Of a DNA stretch of 64,000 nt, positions 57,880 to 64,000 are shown piece by piece; position 1 is the stretch's first letter; each line of letters begins with the position of its first letter. This stretch comes from Eledone cirrhosa (Eukaryota): assembly GCA_964016885.1 (NCBI GenBank), contig OZ024760.1, forward strand, positions 25,792,001 through 25,856,000, given 5' to 3'. The notes under the pieces were generated by a model. It did no database searches. It had not been told where the DNA came from and saw only the letters and a program-made list of their open reading frames with translations. Made by a program: the position numbers and the translations under genes.

Positions 57880-58685
57880 TATAGAGGGTTGGTGGTCCGC
57901 AGAAACTCTGGGCGTAGAGGAGGACGAACTGGCCAGTCTGTTCGGAAGGACTCTCCGCCCGGGACCGATGGACAACTTCCAAAAGTCACTGGCCTGGCAG
58001 TGCTACCGCGGAGCTCTACCAGTTCGAGACATACTCTACAGACACGGGCGCCCGGGCGGGGACCCTTCGAAAGAGATCTGTCCGAAATGCGTGCACGACG
58101 AGGAAACCGTCGCGCACGCATTTGTACACTGCCCGGGCGTTACCGACCTGTGGGGCTATGTAGAACGACTATTGTCGCGGGTGGGACCAATCCAGTTGAC
58201 CACCGAGTCTATTGTCATGATCAAACCACCACCCTCCTTCAAAAACGAAGGAGAGGCGGTTTTTCTATGTGTTATGGCTATGGTGAAAGAGGTTATATGG
58301 TGGACGAGGTTAAAAGGGCTGAGGTCAGACACCTTTCTCTCTGGTGAACAACTGATTCGTTTTTTCAAATATCATTTTGGAAGAAGAATCAGGATGGAGA
58401 GAGAGGTGGGTGAATGTGGCAAAGATGGCCAGAGTGGTTGAGCCTTCTCTCTATATAAGCCTGTAGGTTGAGGAAAAAGAGGAAGGGAGTACTCACTCTT
58501 GGTGCTCCTGGAGATGAGGATTGTACATTTTTTCGGGGTGTGTACAACCCCTGTGTAACGCCTCCCTCCTATTGGGGATTTCAATTGTTATTTGTGATTT
58601 TATTAATAGTTTTATTTTCATATGCCTGTATGTAAACTCCCCATTTGTATTTGTCCCATTCTTTTGTGCCCTTGTGGCTAATAAA
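57880..58685 (+). mobile_element. Tx1/L1-like LINE 3' end (CCHC zinc-binding domain)
   Basis: WQCYRGALPVRD..CPKCVHDEETVAHAFVHCP; AATAAA at ~58680. Confidence 0.85.
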
Positions 58686-58709
58686 GAAATTTATCTATCT
58701 ACCTATCTA

Positions 58710-58754
<45 letters not shown>

Positions 58755-59010
58755 TCGTGCATAATGGTAGCTATGGTGCTTCCATAGGCGGTATGCCAAA
58801 ATTAGCACTCAATATTCATACAGAGCAGAGTGTGGATAGTATAAAAAAACGAAAAATCAATGATGCTTCTGAACTCAGTTTATTGCGTGTAATAATTGTT
58901 TCGCCGGCAGGTAGCTCGAGACATGATCACTCTATGGATCTGGCTGATTCTACGGCTGCAGGTTCCTTCGGACACGGGCAGTTCGTACGGAGCAAATATT
59001 CTCTATTTTA

Positions 59011-59053
<43 letters not shown>

Positions 59054-59138
59054 TATCTATATCACTATAGGTAAATAGATCTATGTTTACTTTTATATAT
59101 ATAGTTAAATAACTATATGTGGGTGTGTGATTGTGTGT

Positions 59139-59179
<41 letters not shown>

Positions 59180-59221
59180 TATATGCCTGTATGTCTGTCT
59201 ATCTCTCTCGCTTATATTAAA

Positions 59222-59400
59222 TTTAGATGTCCAGGTCATGGCCACTTTTATGGCTGGATAGTGCCAGACCGTCATCACGATATAGGCTCCTATGGAAGTC
59301 AGGAAATTTATTCTGTACAGTGACTAGAATAAATAGTCCGACCAGATCGCCTATATCGGTGCTGTCGAAGGATCCCATCGGTACATTGAATTGGCCATTG
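59222..59400 (-). pseudogene. Penelope-like RT fragment (YRDD type, Hydra-clade-like)
   Basis: FNVPMGSFDSTDIGDLVGLFIL..LYRDDGLA. Confidence 0.8.
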
Positions 59401-59837
59401 GTTGTAGATTTTTGTCCATGGGTTGCCATTGCTAAAGTGGAGGGTTTCCCTGTGTGTGTGTATATATATATATATCAATGATATTAATACATCGAAACTA
59501 TCATTTATAAAACCATATTTATTTTATTATATATATTTCAAGGATATCAAAACTTTGGTACACCCTCACCAGATAAAATACAAAATTGTTTTATAAATAC
59601 TGACATTTCCAAAAAACAAGAACTTATTTTTTTAAGTTCATAAATATATATATATATATATATATATATTCCAGATATTTAGGTCTGACTATCTTTATTT
59701 ATTCTTTATATGAAATATTGATTGCATTTTCCTGTATGTATGTATAAAAGTATGTTGTTTTAAGTCTAAGGCAATCAAAACTAGACAGTAAATTTCGGAA
59801 TAAATTGAAGGTAACGAAGATGGTGTGTAGCTGGTAT

Positions 59838-59899
<62 letters not shown>

Positions 59900-60060
59900 T
59901 CTCTCTCTCTCTCTTTCTCTCTCTCTATCTATCTATCTATCTATCACTGTATATATATATATATATATTAATTTGCTCTATAGTTTTATATATTTATATA
60001 TATATATATAATATCCTTGTCGAGCCCTCATCGGATTTTAGTCTTTGCATTTATTATTAC

Positions 60061-60098
<38 letters not shown>

Positions 60099-60139
60099 CT
60101 GATGTTGGTTAGATTATCAATATTACTATTATTGGGGCA

Positions 60140-60266
60140 CCCACTGATAAATTATAGGAGCCCACTTGAATATATATCTGTTGATCTTATACAAGTTCCT
60201 ACATAAATTGGTATAATTTCACCCAAATTGTAGGAATCCTATAATGAAACGAGACGTCCGTCTGGG
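60140..60266 (+). ncRNA. Hammerhead motif with extended, branched stem II (HH-H; this copy G8A)
   Basis: ccca-CTGATAA-attatagga..tcctataat-GAAA-cgagacg-TC-(cgtc)tggg. Confidence 0.55.
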
Positions 60267-60441
60267 AAGAGATATATTCGATATATCTCATATGAAATAA
60301 TACAGCCAATTTTCCACACAACACATTTAGTTAGCACCCCGAACGCTTAATTAGGAATATACTCACTTATGTCCTAATGTTTGTTGAGTGAGTTGGAATT
60401 TGGCCGGAGTATCGCTAAAAAGCTTTCTCCGATAATGTATT

Positions 60442-60581
<140 letters not shown>

Positions 60582-60667
60582 GTATATATTATCGTGAAAT
60601 AGATGGACAGGGAGTTAGATGCATCGATAGATATAAAACAGATAGATAGATCAACAGAAGTACATGC

Positions 60668-60698
<31 letters not shown>

Positions 60699-61211
60699 TA
60701 CATCTGTGTGTGTATGCTTGTGTGTGTGCGTGCGTGGGTGTGTATGCATGTGTGTATGGAGGGGCTGCTATAATTTTGGGGGAGCTGACACTTGGATAAA
60801 AAGTTCAGTTGACAGTGCGTGTTTGTTTGTGTCCTTCTCAGGCTGAAAACTCCCAAGTTTTTCCAAATTGCTACTTAAGCACTGTCTTACATAGCCACGT
60901 GTACCTATAATTATAGGTATATATATGAATATAAAGATGGATTTTGAGATGAAGAAGCTCAAGGAGATGTAGCTTTCGAGGCAGTTGAACCTTGGATATT
61001 CTCTTATTGTCTATAATCTAGTGTATGTCATGTGGCGCCACCTATACGGTAGATGTCTTTGATTTTATACCACTTAGAATATCTTAAGTGAAGGGAGATT
61101 GGTTGGTCGTGTATGTGATTAATGTAGGTCAGTGGTCGGTAGATTGCTGGTGGGTTAACTCCATTCACTGAAAGGGGGTCGCTTCGTGTACCTTACTGTT
61201 TATAATGGTTC

Positions 61212-61243
<32 letters not shown>

Positions 61244-61296
61244 GTAGTGATGGTGGTGATGGTGGTGGTGGTGGTGGTTATCACAGTAACAGTAGC

Positions 61297-62293
61297 GGGT
61301 CGGACGCCATGCTTCGCAGCAAAGAGTTACGGTCCTTTATGATCTGAGTTCAAATCCCGCCGAGGTTAACTTTATCTTTCATCCTTACGGGGTCGATAAA
61401 ATAAAGTACCAGTAATGCACTGGGATAATTGCTGGCCTTGTGCCAAAAGTAGAAATAATTATTTGATTTTGTTAAGATCAGTGGATTGGCAGTATCGGTA
61501 GAGGGCTGGACGCCATGCTTTTCAGAATAGAGTTACGGCCCTTTATGTTCTGAGTTCAAATCCGGTCGAGGTTAACTGTGATGTACTTTTTTACAAAAAT
61601 AGACCGGGTTAAGACTATATCGGAAATGTGAAGAGCGAAGGCTGATCGATTTCTATGTTATAGATGGATTACATTGGTTAGATCGAATAAACAGCTGAGA
61701 TGATGATAACAATCATGATATTGTGCCATGCTTTGCAGCATAGAGCTACGGCCATTTCTGATCTGAGTTCAAATCCCGCCGAGGTTAACTTTGCCTTTCA
61801 TCCTTACGGAGTCGATAAAATAAAGTACCAGTCACGTACTGGGGTCCATTTAATCGACTTTCCCCTCGCCAAAATTGCTGGCCTTGTTCCTATATAAGAA
61901 ACCATTATTTCAAGGCGGTGGATTGGCAGTATCGGTAGAGGGTCGGACGCCATGCTTTGACGCAAAGAGTTACGTCCCTTTACGGACTGAGTTCAAATCC
62001 CGCCGAGGTTAACTTTGCCTTTCATCCTTACGGGGTCGATAAAATAAAGTACCAGTAATGCACTGGGGTAATTGCTGGCCTTGTGCCTAAAATAGAAACA
62101 ATTATTTCAAGTAACAATAATAATTGTTTCTACTTTTGGCACAAGGCCAGCAATTAACCAGTGTATTACTGGTACTTTATTTTATCGACCCCGTAAGGAT
62201 GAAAGGCAAAGTTAACCTCGGCGGGATTTGAACTCAGAATGGCAAGGGCCGTAACTCTATGCGTCAAATCATGGCGTCCGACCCTCTACCGAT
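61297..62293. mobile_element. Cluster of five tRNA-SINEs (61297-61462+, 61480-61577+, 61725-61909+, 61912-62106+, 62119-62293-)
   Basis: Same SINE consensus; the last two form a tail-to-tail inverted pair. Confidence 0.9.
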
Positions 62294-62624
62294 AGATGTA
62301 ACAATAATAATAATTGTTTCTATAAAATAAACTATGTACCAAACATAACAGGGGTGGACCACTCAGGGGTGACTCAGGTACCCCACCAATCCTGAATCAG
62401 CCGGCAATAATAAAAAAGAATCGGTAGAGCGTCAGTCTTGGCTGTTCATATTTCTGATATAGTCTTAACGCTGGTCTTCTTTTGTAAAAACTACAAAGAA
62501 TAGCGTGACCTGCCTCCTTCTGTTAAGCCGGCAATGTTTTGGCTGTCATGGCGTTAGAGTAGTGGCTATCTGGTCAAGATGTCCTGCTCGGTAGCCTTCC
62601 TGTCTCAAACACACACACACACAC

Positions 62625-62659
<35 letters not shown>

Positions 62660-62675
62660 TATATGTACATACATA

Positions 62676-62722
<47 letters not shown>

Positions 62723-62810
62723 GTACATACATAGACACACACACACACATATATATATACACACACACAGACACACACATATATGTACATACATAGACAC
62801 ACACACACAT

Positions 62811-62842
<32 letters not shown>

Positions 62843-62844
62843 TT

Positions 62845-63279
62845 CTAGGGCGGGTAAAATTCCCGAGATCCATGGACGAGTTCTCTCCAGCGGTCTCTGT
62901 CCCTCATTATCGCTGCCATGTCCTGCGTCTCCAACAGACCAGTGTCTGTCCTTAGGGCATCAACCTTGGTCTTCCCCTTCCAGTGTGTCCGTGTAGGGGC
63001 TCCCAAAGGATTCATCCTCAGTGTATACTGATTAATGTTCAGAGCCATCCTCAGTATTCTCGTGTAGCACCCATTGGTTGAGGACTTCCTGTATTTGGGA
63101 GTAAAGATTGGAAATACGGAAGATTTATGTGGTTGAGAGGAAGAGCAAAGCCTGGGCAGCGTGCCACAGTTTGAGATCGGTGAGGAAGTCGGACCTTCGT
63201 GAAGACCTGAAAATCCGCCTCTTCGTTGCTGTACGGGTCTGAGACTTGGACACTGACCAAGAAACTCACTTAGATGGTG
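62845..63279 (-). mobile_element. RTE LINE 3' end with 5' inversion
   Basis: GCYTRILRMALN..MRDRDRWRELV on minus; 63077-63279 matches 18675-18900 on plus. Confidence 0.8.
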
Positions 63280-63348
63280 GATATATATATATTTGTATAT
63301 ATATAGAGAGAGAGAGATATAGAGATAAAATAGAGAGAGAGAGAGAGA

Positions 63349-63387
<39 letters not shown>

Positions 63388-63388
<1 letters not shown>

Positions 63389-63635
63389 ATGGCGCACAAG
63401 AAAAGGGGACAATACAAAGACAAGCCGGGGATTTTACATGCAATTGTGTAAAAAATATAAAAACAAACAATTACAACAATCGAAATCCCCAATAGAGGGG
63501 AGGCGCCACAAATGGGTTGTTTAATACCCCGTGGATAGAACAACCCTCAACTCCAGGAGCGTGTTGTGCAAGTGCTCCTTTCTTCCTTTTGCTCTCTTCC
63601 TCAACCTACAGGTTTATAAACAGAGAAAGCCCAAA
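63388..63635 (-). mobile_element. Tx1/L1-like LINE 3'UTR fragment
   Basis: Reverse complement of 58440-58675. Confidence 0.75.
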
Positions 63636-63719
63636 GAGAGAGAGATAGAGAGATAGATAGACATACACACACATATATATCGATAAATGAGTCAGGACCC
63701 CGACGGCTGAGCTCTTGCT

Positions 63720-64000
63720 GTGGTGGTGGTGGTGCTGGTGATAGTGATGGTGGTGCTGGTGTGATAGGGAGGGTGGTGGTGGTGATGGTGGTGATAGTGA
63801 GGGTGGTGGTGGTGATAGTGATGGTGGTGGTGGTGGTGATAGTGATGGTGGTGGTGGTGGTGGTGATAGTGAGGGTGGTGGTGGTAGTGGTGATAGTGAT
63901 GGTGGTGGTGGTGGTAATGGTGATAGTGATGGTGGTGGTGGTAATGGTGATAGTGAGGGTGGTGGTGGTGGTGGTGATAGTGATGGTGGTGGTGGTGGTA
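63720..64000. repeat. (GGT)n/(GATAGT) compound repeat
   Basis: Direct inspection. Confidence 0.9.

Noticed and set aside
61033-61048. CTCF-like motif tggcgccacctata
   Set aside because: Single short match, not distinguishable from chance
62351-62396. HDV-like pseudoknot (ggtgg/ccacc, tcagg/cctga)
   Set aside because: Lacks P1.1, P4 and a canonical L3; a simple hairpin explains it equally well

Overview
Eukaryotic, extremely microsatellite-rich DNA with no recognisable host gene. The SINE family and repeat landscape suggest an octopus/cephalopod (inference). Almost all long ORFs in the track are translations of (TA)n/(CA)n/(CT)n/(GAA)n tracts or minisatellites. The coding remnants are all transposon pseudogenes: R4/Dong-like RLE LINE, RTE LINEs, Tx1/L1-like LINE, CRE-like LINE ends, Tc1/mariner, a Rep-Pif1 Helitron, and Penelope-like element (PLE) RT and GIY-YIG fragments. 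The main hidden signal is non-coding. About 20 minimal type-I hammerhead ribozyme (HHR) motifs from roughly 10 sequence families lie in short cassettes, mostly embedded in (TA)n tracts. Two of them sit directly 3' of PLE GIY-YIG ORF ends. Many cassettes form fold-back palindromes, and in one hairpin family the two arms share copy-specific changes. Several families carry unusual features: U4A or U4C cores, a U3-A8 compensatory pair, a recurrent C·C mismatch in stem II, an extra nucleotide after A9, and an ~80-nt branched stem II. Three minisatellites grew from retroelement ends, there is a 4.6-kb 20-bp satellite, and one RTE insertion has twin-priming geometry. All folds and alignments were made by eye; ribozyme activity is untested and boundaries are approximate.
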